From Patescibacteria group bacterium (GTDB lineage Bacteria > Patescibacteriota > UBA1384 > XYA2-FULL-43-10 > CAINNR01): a DNA stretch of 64,000 nt. The position numbers and the translations under genes were made by a program. The number at the start of each line of letters is the position of its first letter. Position 1 is the first letter of the stretch. Where the stretch lies: assembly GCA_041651295.1 (NCBI GenBank), contig JBAZJN010000003.1, positions 14,016-78,015 of the forward strand, in the 5' to 3' direction. The notes below the pieces were generated by a model that was not told the origin of the DNA, did no database searches, and worked only from the letters and a program-made list of their open reading frames with translations. This document shows, piece by piece, positions 55,182 to 63,570 of this stretch.

Positions 55182-55751
55182 CTACTTATAGACCAGTAGC
55201 TTTAGGGTTTGCCAGTTGGCATAAATCAGGATTAATAGGATGATATTTATCAGCGGGAAAATTACCAGATTTTCAAACCACTGCCCTGTTTGAATTCGAA
55301 TACCGTGAAAGGGTTTTGGCGGAATTCCAAAGTTACGTTTCCAGGGCCAAAGGATTGGGATCCCTTGAATCGTAAAAGCGTCGGAAAGCAAATGACTAGC
55401 GAATGCGATCGAGGATGCGATAAGAACTGGCATTATTGATATACCCCAATAACCGGGAAATGATTGCAGGATTAAATATAACACGCAGGCATAAATCGCC
55501 AGACCTAATGTTGAATGTGATAAATTACGATGTTTAAAAATCGGATCGGATATTTTTCCGACCGAATGTCCAAAAGGTAATGTACTCCAAATATCAGCGC
55601 CGGCATCATCTGCATCGGGCATCAGTGACCCTAAATATGACGCGATGATGACCGCCCCCAAAGTTGCCGGTTGGTATTCCGGTTTCACGGTTGCCAAAAA
55701 ATAGCTTCCGCCGGCAACCAAACCAATTATTCTGTGAGTTTTTCCTGTCAT
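55182..55751 (-). CDS. Membrane-bound metal-dependent hydrolase (YdjM/DUF457-like)
   Basis: 189 aa. It begins MTGKTHRIIG and carries conserved His/Asp residues (PDADD, HRNLSHS, SHLLSD) in a polytopic protein. Confidence 0.65.
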   Translation of the reverse strand: MTGKTHRIIGLVAGGSYFLATVKPEYQPATLGAVIIASYLGSLMPDADDAGADIWSTLPFGHSVGKISDPIFKHRNLSHSTLGLAIYACVLYLILQSFPGYWGISIMPVLIASSIAFASHLLSDAFTIQGIPILWPWKRNFGIPPKPFHGIRIQTGQWFENLVIFPLINIILLILIYANWQTLKLLVYK

Positions 55752-55765
55752 GCGTTTATTGTAAC

Positions 55766-55800
55766 AAAAAATGCTGAAACATTAAGCTTCAGCATTTTTT
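55766..55800. terminator. Bidirectional terminator hairpin
   Basis: aaaaa, then stem atgctgaa, a 9-nt loop, stem ttcagcat, then ttttt. Confidence 0.6.
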
Positions 55801-55817
55801 GGTAGCCCGGATGAGAG
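55800..55817 (-). repeat. Duplicated 3' end of tRNA-Glu (17 of 18 nt), 166 bp downstream of the gene
   Basis: tggtagcccggatgAgag (55800-55817) compared with tggtagcccggatgGgag (55966-55983). Confidence 0.7.
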
Positions 55818-55965
55818 GCTCACACCCCTTCGGCTTATAGAAACCCACGGTTTCCTATTATCTTCCTCAGCGGGAAAACAACTGTTTTCCCGACCCCTTT
55901 CGTGTTCGACTCCCATAAACAAAATACCACCCCGTATAGTTCAGATTTATCTGAACTATACGGGG

Positions 55966-56042
55966 TGGTAGCCCGGATGGGAGTCGAACCCATGATCTCC
56001 TGGATGAAAACCAGGTATCCTAGGCCACTAGACGACCGGGCC
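55966..56042 (-). tRNA. tRNA-Glu (anticodon TTC), CCA encoded
   Basis: The reverse complement is GGCCCGGTCGTCTAGTGGCCTAGGATACCTGGTTTTCATCCAGGAGATCATGGGTTCGACTCCCATCCGGGCTACCA. Confidence 0.9.
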
Positions 56043-56065
56043 ATAAATAAGCAAAACGAACCGAA

Positions 56066-56140
56066 TGGTGAGTCGCCTGGGACTCGAACCCAGAACCAAT
56101 AGCTTAAGAGGCTACTGCTCTACCATTGAGCTAGCGACTC
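56066..56140 (-). tRNA. tRNA-Lys (anticodon CTT), CCA encoded
   Basis: The reverse complement is GAGTCGCTAGCTCAATGGTAGAGCAGTAGCCTCTTAAGCTATTGGTTCTGGGTTCGAGTCCCAGGCGACTCACCA. Confidence 0.9.
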
Positions 56141-56194
56141 GCTTCATTTCATTCAGCGTAAACCAGTTTACATCGAGCCAATTATTTGGCGAGG

Positions 56195-56270
56195 TGGTAC
56201 CCCAGGCAGGAATCGGACCTGCGACCTTCTCCTTAGAAGGGAGCCGCTCTATCCACTGAGCTACTGGGGC
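56195..56270 (-). tRNA. tRNA-Arg (anticodon TCT), CCA encoded
   Basis: The reverse complement is GCCCCAGTAGCTCAGTGGATAGAGCGGCTCCCTTCTAAGGAGAAGGTCGCAGGTCCGATTCCTGCCTGGGGTACCA. Confidence 0.88.
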
Positions 56271-56287
56271 TCTTTATTACACTCAGA

Positions 56288-56506
56288 TCAAGCTCTATTA
56301 ATCAAAGCTTCTTTCTTTGTTCGGCGCCATCCTTTAATTTCCTTTTCCCTTGCCGCCGCTGAGTGAATACTGCTAAACACTTCCTTGTAGACTAATCTAG
56401 TCTTACCCCTATTCTTAGTGTTTCGACATAATCCATTTCGGTATTCAGATAATCTTTTCTTAATATTACCTGTAATACCAACATAAAGATAACCATCGTC
56501 GCACAA
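56288..56506 (-). CDS. GIY-YIG nuclease-family protein (UPF0213-like), short N-terminus, embedded in the tRNA cluster
   Basis: 72 aa, with DGYLYVGITGNIKKRLSEYRNG...REKEIKGWRR. The only available in-frame starts after the upstream stop are ATT, ATT and TTG. Confidence 0.6.
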   Translation of the reverse strand: MCDDGYLYVGITGNIKKRLSEYRNGLCRNTKNRGKTRLVYKEVFSSIHSAAAREKEIKGWRRTKKEALINRA

Positions 56507-56558
56507 AATAATTTAGAGGCATCGATTCATAGTTTACACTGAGGAATTTATTCCGAAG

Positions 56559-56634
56559 TGGTACGCCCTGAGGGATTCGAACCCCCGACTTCCACGTCCG
56601 AAGCGTGGCGCTCTATCCGCTGAGCTAAGGGCGC
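56559..56634 (-). tRNA. tRNA-Arg (anticodon TCG), CCA encoded
   Basis: The reverse complement is GCGCCCTTAGCTCAGCGGATAGAGCGCCACGCTTCGGACGTGGAAGTCGGGGGTTCGAATCCCTCAGGGCGTACCA. Confidence 0.88.
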
Positions 56635-56699
56635 ATTTCGAAAATGCTTTCAAATTTTCTCAATGCAAGCTAGTCAAGTTTACATCAAGAAAAACGAGA

Positions 56700-56775
56700 T
56701 GGGGCGGCTAACGGGAATTGAACCCATGACTCCAGTGCCACAAACTAGCGTGATAACCACTTCACCATAGCCGCC
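56700..56775 (-). tRNA. tRNA-His (anticodon GTG) with encoded G-1, CCA encoded
   Basis: The reverse complement is G-GCGGCTATGGTGAAGTGGTTATCACGCTAGTTTGTGGCACTGGAGTCATGGGTTCAATTCCCGTTAGCCGC-C-CCA. G-1 can pair with C73. Confidence 0.9.
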
Positions 56776-56781
56776 ATATTT

Positions 56782-56856
56782 TGGAGCGGGTAACGGGAGT
56801 CGAACCCGTCTCTCCACCTTGGAAGGGTGGCATAATAGCCACTATACGATACCCGC
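56782..56856 (-). tRNA. tRNA-Gly (anticodon TCC), CCA encoded
   Basis: The reverse complement is GCGGGTATCGTATAGTGGCTATTATGCCACCCTTCCAAGGTGGAGAGACGGGTTCGACTCCCGTTACCCGCTCCA. Confidence 0.9.
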
Positions 56857-56932
56857 TGGTCGGGGAGACAGGACTCGAACCTGCGGCCTCATCGTCCCAA
56901 ACGACGCGCGCTACCAACTGCGCCACTCCCCG
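56857..56932 (-). tRNA. tRNA-Pro (anticodon TGG), CCA encoded
   Basis: The reverse complement is CGGGGAGTGGCGCAGTTGGTAGCGCGCGTCGTTTGGGACGATGAGGCCGCAGGTTCGAGTCCTGTCTCCCCGACCA. It abuts tRNA-Gly with no spacer. Confidence 0.9.
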
Positions 56933-56985
56933 GTTAACGAACGATAAAATTATACACTAATTTTAGCACAAATTCAAGGCTGAAG

Positions 56986-57714
56986 TTATTTATATAAACC
57001 TTTGGCGATATTTCGATTAACTCGCCACGCATCACGTATCATTTTTAATCCGTCTTTTACAGGAGAAACAGTCGAGTGCGGATCATTAAACCAAGTAATC
57101 CCGACTTCTTTAACCTTATAATCCAGTTTCTTGCCGATTGCTAACACTTCAATATCAAATGAGAAACGATCAAAAGTCATTTTCTCAAAAACATTCTTTC
57201 CGGCGCTGTGTTCAAAAAGCTTGAAGCCACACTGGGTATCAATTATACCCGGCACAGCTAGCCCTTGAATCATTAGATTTAACGCTCTACCGCCAATCTT
57301 TCTAATAATACCTTGCGGTACCGCCAGCTTGCCACCTTTGATATATCTGGAACCGATAACTATTTGATATTTATCGGTATATTCCAGCAATTTATCCACT
57401 TGTTCAATTGGGGTGGCATTGTCAGCATCTGTAAACAATATGAATTTGCCTTTCGCGGCTAACACTCCTTCTTTTACCGTATAGCCCTTGCCTTTATTTT
57501 CCTTCCGGTCAATAATTTTGAGATGTTTTAACTTGTCTTTGTATTTTTCAACTACAGAGAGCGTATTATCGGGGGTGCCGTCTAAAACTACCAGTGTTTC
57601 AACGACAAAATCATGGCCTTTTTCATATTTAATTATGGCGTCTAAGGACTTATGAATCCGAGTCTCCTCTTTGTAAGCCGGAATTACTATAGATAATTTG
57701 ATGTCGTTTTCCAT
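56986..57714 (-). CDS. GT2 glycosyltransferase, polyprenol-phosphate sugar synthase-like (Dpm1/GtrB type)
   Basis: 242 aa, with LSIVIPAYKEE, a DxD motif in FTDADNATP, and GSRY. Confidence 0.8.
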   Translation of the reverse strand: MENDIKLSIVIPAYKEETRIHKSLDAIIKYEKGHDFVVETLVVLDGTPDNTLSVVEKYKDKLKHLKIIDRKENKGKGYTVKEGVLAAKGKFILFTDADNATPIEQVDKLLEYTDKYQIVIGSRYIKGGKLAVPQGIIRKIGGRALNLMIQGLAVPGIIDTQCGFKLFEHSAGKNVFEKMTFDRFSFDIEVLAIGKKLDYKVKEVGITWFNDPHSTVSPVKDGLKMIRDAWRVNRNIAKGLYK

Positions 57715-59967
57715 TTAAAGTTGGTTATTATTTATAATTTTTTTCGGCATGTCATATTTAATAATTGGATATGATGAATGAGGGGGATTTTTGATTAGAT
57801 CTTCTGGAGTTATATTAAATACCAGGATGGAATCACCAATTATGGCAACCGGTTGATAATCATCTAACCAACCGTATGACCATTTCCCTTCTTGCTCCCC
57901 ATGCAGTTTAGACATCTGATAGAAAGTCGCCGAAACTGCCAACCAACCAGTTGTAGGCCCATATCCGGATCTCCATTCGCTAGAATCCGGAATATAGTAG
58001 CTTGGTAATCCGCCGCCAAAATAATCTATCTTAATATTTTGAATATTATTATCATCAACATATGTTGCCAATCGTTTCAAATCCTGTCCCCAGTCAAGCG
58101 ACGAATCGACCATTAGATTATATTCTTTGTGTCCGTAGGTAAACGCATTGAAGTAGCTAATATATCTGGGATAAGCAGCAACAACCGGAACTGCAACCGC
58201 AAATGCAACGATAATGACTGCAATATTAGCAGCGATTTTTTTGCTCTCAATAATTTTTTGAGTTGCCAAACCGATAAATAAATAAAGAAACGGTAATGTC
58301 GGAAGTAAATGTCTGGTTCCGATATTTAATGAACCTTTTAGGGTGATCGCCCAGTAGACTACAAACGGGACGCCCAAGAGCCAAAGCAACCAAACCTTTC
58401 TACTAGAATCAACTTTTTTAATCGCTACAAAAATTATTGAGAAAACAAATAGAATCAAAATCATTACCGGAGTCTTAATTAAATACGCAACCGGAAAAAA
58501 CCAGCTTATTGCTTTGTCAGAAAATTGGCCGATAATGTATGTCGAATTGCCTCCGGCTACTCGCCCGAACACCAACATTACGCCAAGCAAATAGTGCCCG
58601 ATACCTCGAAGAAATGGATTGTCGGCAAAAAAACCGAGAAAATTCCGAAAGACTGCCAAGTCGGCCGCTGGCATATTCTTGAGAATAACTTCCCTCTCAA
58701 TGTCACCGGTCATATTCCAGACCAATGGAATATAAACAATCCAAACCACTGCAAGTGAAATTACAGAAATCCAAAAAAGCGGTTTAAAATATTTCCAAAA
58801 GTTTGGAAAAAATTTGGTCCTTTCGGTTTTTCCATCAATCCATGATTTAATAATGATGAGTAAAAACAAAATCGGATATAACATAAAAGATGAAAACTTG
58901 AGCAGCTGAGCAATACCCAGACCCAGGCCGGCGAGGATTAAATATTTTAGGTTTTTCTTGTCTAAAAACTTGTTAAATGTGTATATGGCCAGAGCAAAAC
59001 CGAATGCAGCCGGAACGTCTGTTGTCACAAAATGCCCGTGAGCCAAGATGTCGGGGGTAAAACAATAGAGCAATAAAACAAAGAGAGCCGTTTTATTACC
59101 AAATTCTTCCGAGGCCCATTTGTAAATTAAAATACCCAACGCTAAAACGAATAAAAGCATTGGCAATCTGGCCCAAAAGACGACTTGGTCGGGATTATTT
59201 CCTCCATTGAAGATAAAGAACCAGCCGCTGTCCCATTGAAGAATATTCTGCCAACTACTGTCTAATTTTGGGCCTTTAAGATCTAGAAATTGAAGTGGCA
59301 AGCCCGAAATAAGTTTTACTAGAGGCGGATGCTCCGGATTAAGCCGATAATCGCCGTAAGCCACATAAGAATACCCTGCCGGTATATGAGCTGTCTCATC
59401 GACAATTGCGGCATCCCGACTAATCAATGTAAAAGAAATTGCCAGTGAGACAAAAATCAATACTCCGGCGACGATATCGTATTTAAACACTTTTGCCTTC
59501 TTGACAGCTTCATCTTCCGAATAATTAAGTGTTTTTTTGTAAGTCCAGAGTTTGTTGATTAAGAAGTTCCAGACAAGAGCTGCTCCCGAAGCCGCGAATA
59601 AGCCGATAATATTTGAGTGCGCCGAAAACCAACCAGTTGCGTTGTATATAACATATCTGAAAGTTAAATAATTGATGGCAAAGCCGACTAAGCTGACCAA
59701 GATAAAACGTATAAAATAGTTTGCCAAACTATAGAACTTAATATTTTTGTTTTTTATCCCTCGATAAAATTCATCTCTAAACGTCCAAATACTATTTAAT
59801 ATAAAACTGTTCACCACCGCAACGACAAACGAAATTGCTTTGGCGAATAAACGCTCGTCTGGTGTAATAAAATAAACGAGCAAATAAAAAACCACCCAAT
59901 CGATTAGTGTGTTTAGAACCCCAACAGCAACAAATTTTGCAAATTGAATTATTCCACCAAGTTTCAT
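57715..59967 (-). CDS. GtrA-like domain fused to a PMT/ArnT-type (GT-C) polyprenol-phosphate-dependent glycosyltransferase
   Basis: 750 aa. The N-terminal ~140 aa look like GtrA (FAKFVAVGVLNTLIDWVVFYLL...LWTYKK). A GT-C polytopic core follows (DETAHIPAGY, HPPLVKL). The gene abuts the GT2 gene. Confidence 0.75.
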   Translation of the reverse strand: MKLGGIIQFAKFVAVGVLNTLIDWVVFYLLVYFITPDERLFAKAISFVVAVVNSFILNSIWTFRDEFYRGIKNKNIKFYSLANYFIRFILVSLVGFAINYLTFRYVIYNATGWFSAHSNIIGLFAASGAALVWNFLINKLWTYKKTLNYSEDEAVKKAKVFKYDIVAGVLIFVSLAISFTLISRDAAIVDETAHIPAGYSYVAYGDYRLNPEHPPLVKLISGLPLQFLDLKGPKLDSSWQNILQWDSGWFFIFNGGNNPDQVVFWARLPMLLFVLALGILIYKWASEEFGNKTALFVLLLYCFTPDILAHGHFVTTDVPAAFGFALAIYTFNKFLDKKNLKYLILAGLGLGIAQLLKFSSFMLYPILFLLIIIKSWIDGKTERTKFFPNFWKYFKPLFWISVISLAVVWIVYIPLVWNMTGDIEREVILKNMPAADLAVFRNFLGFFADNPFLRGIGHYLLGVMLVFGRVAGGNSTYIIGQFSDKAISWFFPVAYLIKTPVMILILFVFSIIFVAIKKVDSSRKVWLLWLLGVPFVVYWAITLKGSLNIGTRHLLPTLPFLYLFIGLATQKIIESKKIAANIAVIIVAFAVAVPVVAAYPRYISYFNAFTYGHKEYNLMVDSSLDWGQDLKRLATYVDDNNIQNIKIDYFGGGLPSYYIPDSSEWRSGYGPTTGWLAVSATFYQMSKLHGEQEGKWSYGWLDDYQPVAIIGDSILVFNITPEDLIKNPPHSSYPIIKYDMPKKIINNNQL

Positions 59968-60001
59968 CGCCCTCCTAATATCATGTATAATATATCACTA
60001 A

Positions 60002-61522
60002 TCAAGCTTGTATTCCAGATTCACTCTTTCTAACCTTGATTGTTACTCGAAAAACTTTAGGCTTCCAACCAAGCATCAATCGCGTTTGAGAATCAAGCGC
60101 CGGAATTGAAGAAAAGAAAATATTGGTGATTGGCATAACAAACGGAGTTAAAACCCAATCCCAGAAAATTCTTGCATTTGATGATCTGCCTTTCCTTCTC
60201 GGCAAGACCAGTAGCGTTGAGATGACCAGAGTCGTAATCATCCCAATATAAGCGGCAGCAACGATGTAAGTGTATATATGACGGAAATTGAATGCTAGGA
60301 CTGAGTTGCCAAAATCCGGGTGAACTAACAAGGGAATCCAGGTGTACAAGGCTAAAATTAAAGAGATTGTTGCCCAACTCCAATGCGACTCAAGTAAAAT
60401 TAAAGAGTTTGCCAGCCGGTCAAACCAATGAATTTGCTTATCTTTAATGGCATGAAAAAAAACGTAAGGAATATCGGAGACGCCCCAAGACCAACGTTTT
60501 TTTTGCAAATATTGCTCTTTAATGGTCATAAAAATATTTGAGCCAAGAATCGCGTCTTGATAGATTGGCACAAATATCGGCACTGCCTGATGATTACCTT
60601 GAAATTTGAAGTAAGAGCGCCAGAATTGATGACCGTCCTCGACAATAGTGTCTTTAGCCCAAAAGTCAATTGCAACAAGTGCTTCCAAGCTTTGTGCATG
60701 AGAAGAAAAATTTCGCAATCGTGAAATTCTGGAAGACACGATAATTTGCCAAGCAGAGCTGCCCATGCCAATTAGTCTCATAGGCATCGGCACATCCCAA
60801 ATATTGTTAAAGTACATTGGTAGAGGTTGAAAACTCTTATGCATCACATCTGGAGTTGTCAAATATTTATAAGTCAGACAAGATAAATATTTTCGGTCCA
60901 TGATATTGTCCGTATCCATGTTCGTGACAATAATATCTTTAAACGGTATTTTCATCTTTTCGATCGTAGGCAAGATTTCTTTCATGGCGTAAGTGATGTT
61001 CGGGCCCTTGCCTTTTATTTCGTCCGGCAAATTGTCAGGGTGCTCAGTAACTAGAAAATTCAAAAATTTGTTTTTACTTTCCCTCTTTAATATCTCAACA
61101 TAACCGCGGACATTTTCTTTGTCGCGTTCCTCAGTCGCCAAAACATAAATTATCCGATCTTTAGGGTAATCGGCATTGTGTACGGAATCAATTGATCCCC
61201 GGATTATATCAATGTCTTCTTTGTAAGTCGGTACTAACACAATATGATAGATTTTCCGCCAACTGTCCTTGGGAGGTAATTTTTCCAGTAAGGAATTCCA
61301 ATCAATTTTCATTTCTCTTGAATGAAGTACATAACCATGAATTAGCCGGTATGACATAAAAATTACTCTTACCAACCAGAGAACAATAAAGAAAATCATA
61401 AAAATTGCCAGATATTTGGGCGAAAACAGTGCAAAAAAGAATAAAATAATTATCGTACCCCAAGAAAGTGCCCCGGGCAGAATTTCAAAAAAACGTATTA
61501 ACTTTTTGTCTTTATTATCCAT
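60002..61522 (-). CDS. Membrane-integrated processive GT2 glycosyltransferase (cellulose/chitin/hyaluronan synthase-like)
   Basis: 506 aa, with VPTYKED, TNMDTDN (DxD) and a QxxRW motif in QKKRWSWG. TM helices flank both sides. Confidence 0.75.
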   Translation of the reverse strand: MDNKDKKLIRFFEILPGALSWGTIIILFFFALFSPKYLAIFMIFFIVLWLVRVIFMSYRLIHGYVLHSREMKIDWNSLLEKLPPKDSWRKIYHIVLVPTYKEDIDIIRGSIDSVHNADYPKDRIIYVLATEERDKENVRGYVEILKRESKNKFLNFLVTEHPDNLPDEIKGKGPNITYAMKEILPTIEKMKIPFKDIIVTNMDTDNIMDRKYLSCLTYKYLTTPDVMHKSFQPLPMYFNNIWDVPMPMRLIGMGSSAWQIIVSSRISRLRNFSSHAQSLEALVAIDFWAKDTIVEDGHQFWRSYFKFQGNHQAVPIFVPIYQDAILGSNIFMTIKEQYLQKKRWSWGVSDIPYVFFHAIKDKQIHWFDRLANSLILLESHWSWATISLILALYTWIPLLVHPDFGNSVLAFNFRHIYTYIVAAAYIGMITTLVISTLLVLPRRKGRSSNARIFWDWVLTPFVMPITNIFFSSIPALDSQTRLMLGWKPKVFRVTIKVRKSESGIQA

Positions 61523-61829
61523 TAGGGTTTGTTAAATTAAATATATACGCCACCAAAAGAAGAAAGGATATGCCAATAGTAATACAATTTAGTCCCAATG
61601 CCAATAACTTTTGTTTGTTTTCAATTAGTAAGGCCATCAAGAAATTTAACAAAAAAACCAAAACAATAAAAATATAAATCGGAATAAACATTGGCGCCAA
61701 CCAAAAACTTGAATTTTTCACCAACAGATTGAAGAATAGATAAAAAGCCAAAGATGAAACCAATATAGCAAATAAAAAAGAGACGACAAACGATCTATCT
61801 GAAAATACTTTTTTTAGACTTAATACCAT
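61515..61829 (-). CDS. Small 3-TM membrane protein
   Basis: 104 aa and hydrophobic. It overlaps the start of the GT2 gene by 8 nt. Confidence 0.5.
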   Translation of the reverse strand: MVLSLKKVFSDRSFVVSFLFAILVSSLAFYLFFNLLVKNSSFWLAPMFIPIYIFIVLVFLLNFLMALLIENKQKLLALGLNCITIGISFLLLVAYIFNLTNPNG

Positions 61830-61944
61830 ATTATTTGTTTATAGATTAATTGTAGCAAAAATAATGGAAGAACAAAATAATTAAGCTTGACAGTAATTAA
61901 ATAGTTGTTTAAGTTAACTAGAGAAATTAATTTTTAGGAGAAGC

Positions 61945-62436
61945 ATGAAAAACTTTATTTATGCCATAATTGCTATAGTAATTATCGGCACAGCCGGCTA
62001 TTTTATGTTTAGGGGAAACGCCAAAGAAAGCACAGCAGACAACAATACAGCGACTACCGGCACAAATTCTGAGAATAACGGAAAAATTGTAGATGGTGAT
62101 ATTATTATGCCCGGCGCAATTGCAACTCTTTACTACGGAGATGGTTGCTCCCATTGTGCTAATACAGAAAAGTGGCTTCTTGAAAACGGTTATCTTCCAA
62201 AATCTACTCCGGTTAAACAAGCGGATGTTGATTCTTGGATTGGAAATGTAAAAGTAAAATTCAACCTCAAAGAGATTTGGTATAATAAAGGCAATTCGGC
62301 TGAATTGTCCACAGCCACTAAAGAATTAGGACTCTCAGACGACTCAGTAGGAGTACCTTTTCTCTATGACTCGGCGAACAAGAAGAGCTACGTCGGCGAA
62401 ACAGACATTAAAAGTTTTTTTGAAAGCCGAAAATAG
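61945..62436 (+). CDS. Secreted or anchored thioredoxin-fold protein with CxxC
   Basis: 163 aa, with an N-terminal signal/anchor helix and YYGDGCSHCANTEKWL. AGGAGAAG lies upstream. Confidence 0.65.
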   Translation: MKNFIYAIIAIVIIGTAGYFMFRGNAKESTADNNTATTGTNSENNGKIVDGDIIMPGAIATLYYGDGCSHCANTEKWLLENGYLPKSTPVKQADVDSWIGNVKVKFNLKEIWYNKGNSAELSTATKELGLSDDSVGVPFLYDSANKKSYVGETDIKSFFESRK

Positions 62437-62490
62437 ATTGGTTTTTTGCCAATATTTAAGATTTGATTTTTAATTTTTGTTTTATCTGCA

Positions 62491-62937
62491 ATGTGCCAAA
62501 TTTGCACCGTCGCAATAATTGGAGGTTTGGGTCTCTCTCGCTGGCTGAAAGTTGATGATACGGTCAGCGGTGTTTGGATTGGCGCTCTTTTGATTACGAT
62601 AATTTATTACAGCATTAGATTTCTTGAAAATAGAAAAATCCGTTTTTGGGGCCGAGATTTCTTAACCGCCATCACTTATTATGCAGCAACTGTTTTGCCT
62701 CTCTATTACTATGATATAATCGGCCATCCGGCAAACAAGGTCTGGCTAATCGATAAGTTTTTAGTCGGCATAATTGCCGGAAGTGTTATTTTCACTTTGT
62801 CGGTAATCCTGTACAGTTGGATGAAAAAGAAAAATGGCGGACATGCCCATTTTCCAATGGAGAAAGTGATCATTCCTATAGTGGCTTTAATTATTGTGAG
62901 CGGCATATTCTACTTGCTGACCAAACAAAACATTTAA
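62491..62937 (+). CDS. 4-TM membrane protein with N-terminal CxxC
   Basis: 148 aa. MCQIC sits at the edge of TM1. Confidence 0.55.
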   Translation: MCQICTVAIIGGLGLSRWLKVDDTVSGVWIGALLITIIYYSIRFLENRKIRFWGRDFLTAITYYAATVLPLYYYDIIGHPANKVWLIDKFLVGIIAGSVIFTLSVILYSWMKKKNGGHAHFPMEKVIIPIVALIIVSGIFYLLTKQNI

Positions 62938-63020
62938 CCTAGATTGGAATGACCATCCCGAGCGACCATGAGCTTGTCAAAAGGGAGTCGAAGGATCTAA
63001 TAAATAATTAGATAATTATT

Positions 63021-63557
63021 ATGGCAAAAATAAATTCAAATGATGTAAATGATCTAATTAATAACTTTGATAAATTAAAGAAGGACCACAAGCTTGATTT
63101 ATCTGCTGATGAAGATTTGTCGATTGCAATAATGAATTTGGTATCAATTGAAGAACATTTCTTTTTTACCGCCGAGAAAACCGAGGATAAAAAATATTAT
63201 GATCTTTTGGCTGGCGTGCGTGAAATTCGAAAATCTCTATTAAAAAAGTTAGTGGATGATAAGGTCGAAGGCGAAGTTTGGTGCATTTCCAAACATTTGC
63301 TCGCTTCATCAATGCGAGTAATGGAAGTCGGAACCAAGGAACTCGGCCGCGGACACAAGAAAGAAGCTTACGAGTTGTTCGAAAAAGCCTATGAACTGTA
63401 TTCCTTATTCTGGGGCGTTAATTTAAAAGCTATTCCAACCAAGAATATCAGCAAAATATCAGCAAAATCATTGGATAATAAAGACAAGACTAAATCCGGT
63501 GCACTCGCCAAGTTTAAAGATTTAGTTAAAAAAGTTGTTGACTGTTGCATTGAATAG
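63021..63557 (+). CDS. Hypothetical soluble helical protein
   Basis: 178 aa. I recognise no motif. Confidence 0.55.
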   Translation: MAKINSNDVNDLINNFDKLKKDHKLDLSADEDLSIAIMNLVSIEEHFFFTAEKTEDKKYYDLLAGVREIRKSLLKKLVDDKVEGEVWCISKHLLASSMRVMEVGTKELGRGHKKEAYELFEKAYELYSLFWGVNLKAIPTKNISKISAKSLDNKDKTKSGALAKFKDLVKKVVDCCIE

Positions 63558-63570
63558 TAAAGGAGGAAAA

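Noticed and set aside
55835-56259. ORFs 55835-56044 (-), 55902-56102 (+) and 56065-56259 (+).
   Set aside because: They overlap the tRNA-Glu, tRNA-Lys and tRNA-Arg genes and the structured insert. They are open only because of the GC-rich tRNA sequence.
56163-56690. A recurrent motif, (A/C)AGTTTACA(T/C)(T/C)(G/A)AG, at about 56163, 56531 and 56675. On the minus strand each copy is upstream of a tRNA or GIY-YIG transcription unit.
   Set aside because: It may be part of a promoter. Three short copies with no clear -35/-10 spacing are not enough for me to call it.
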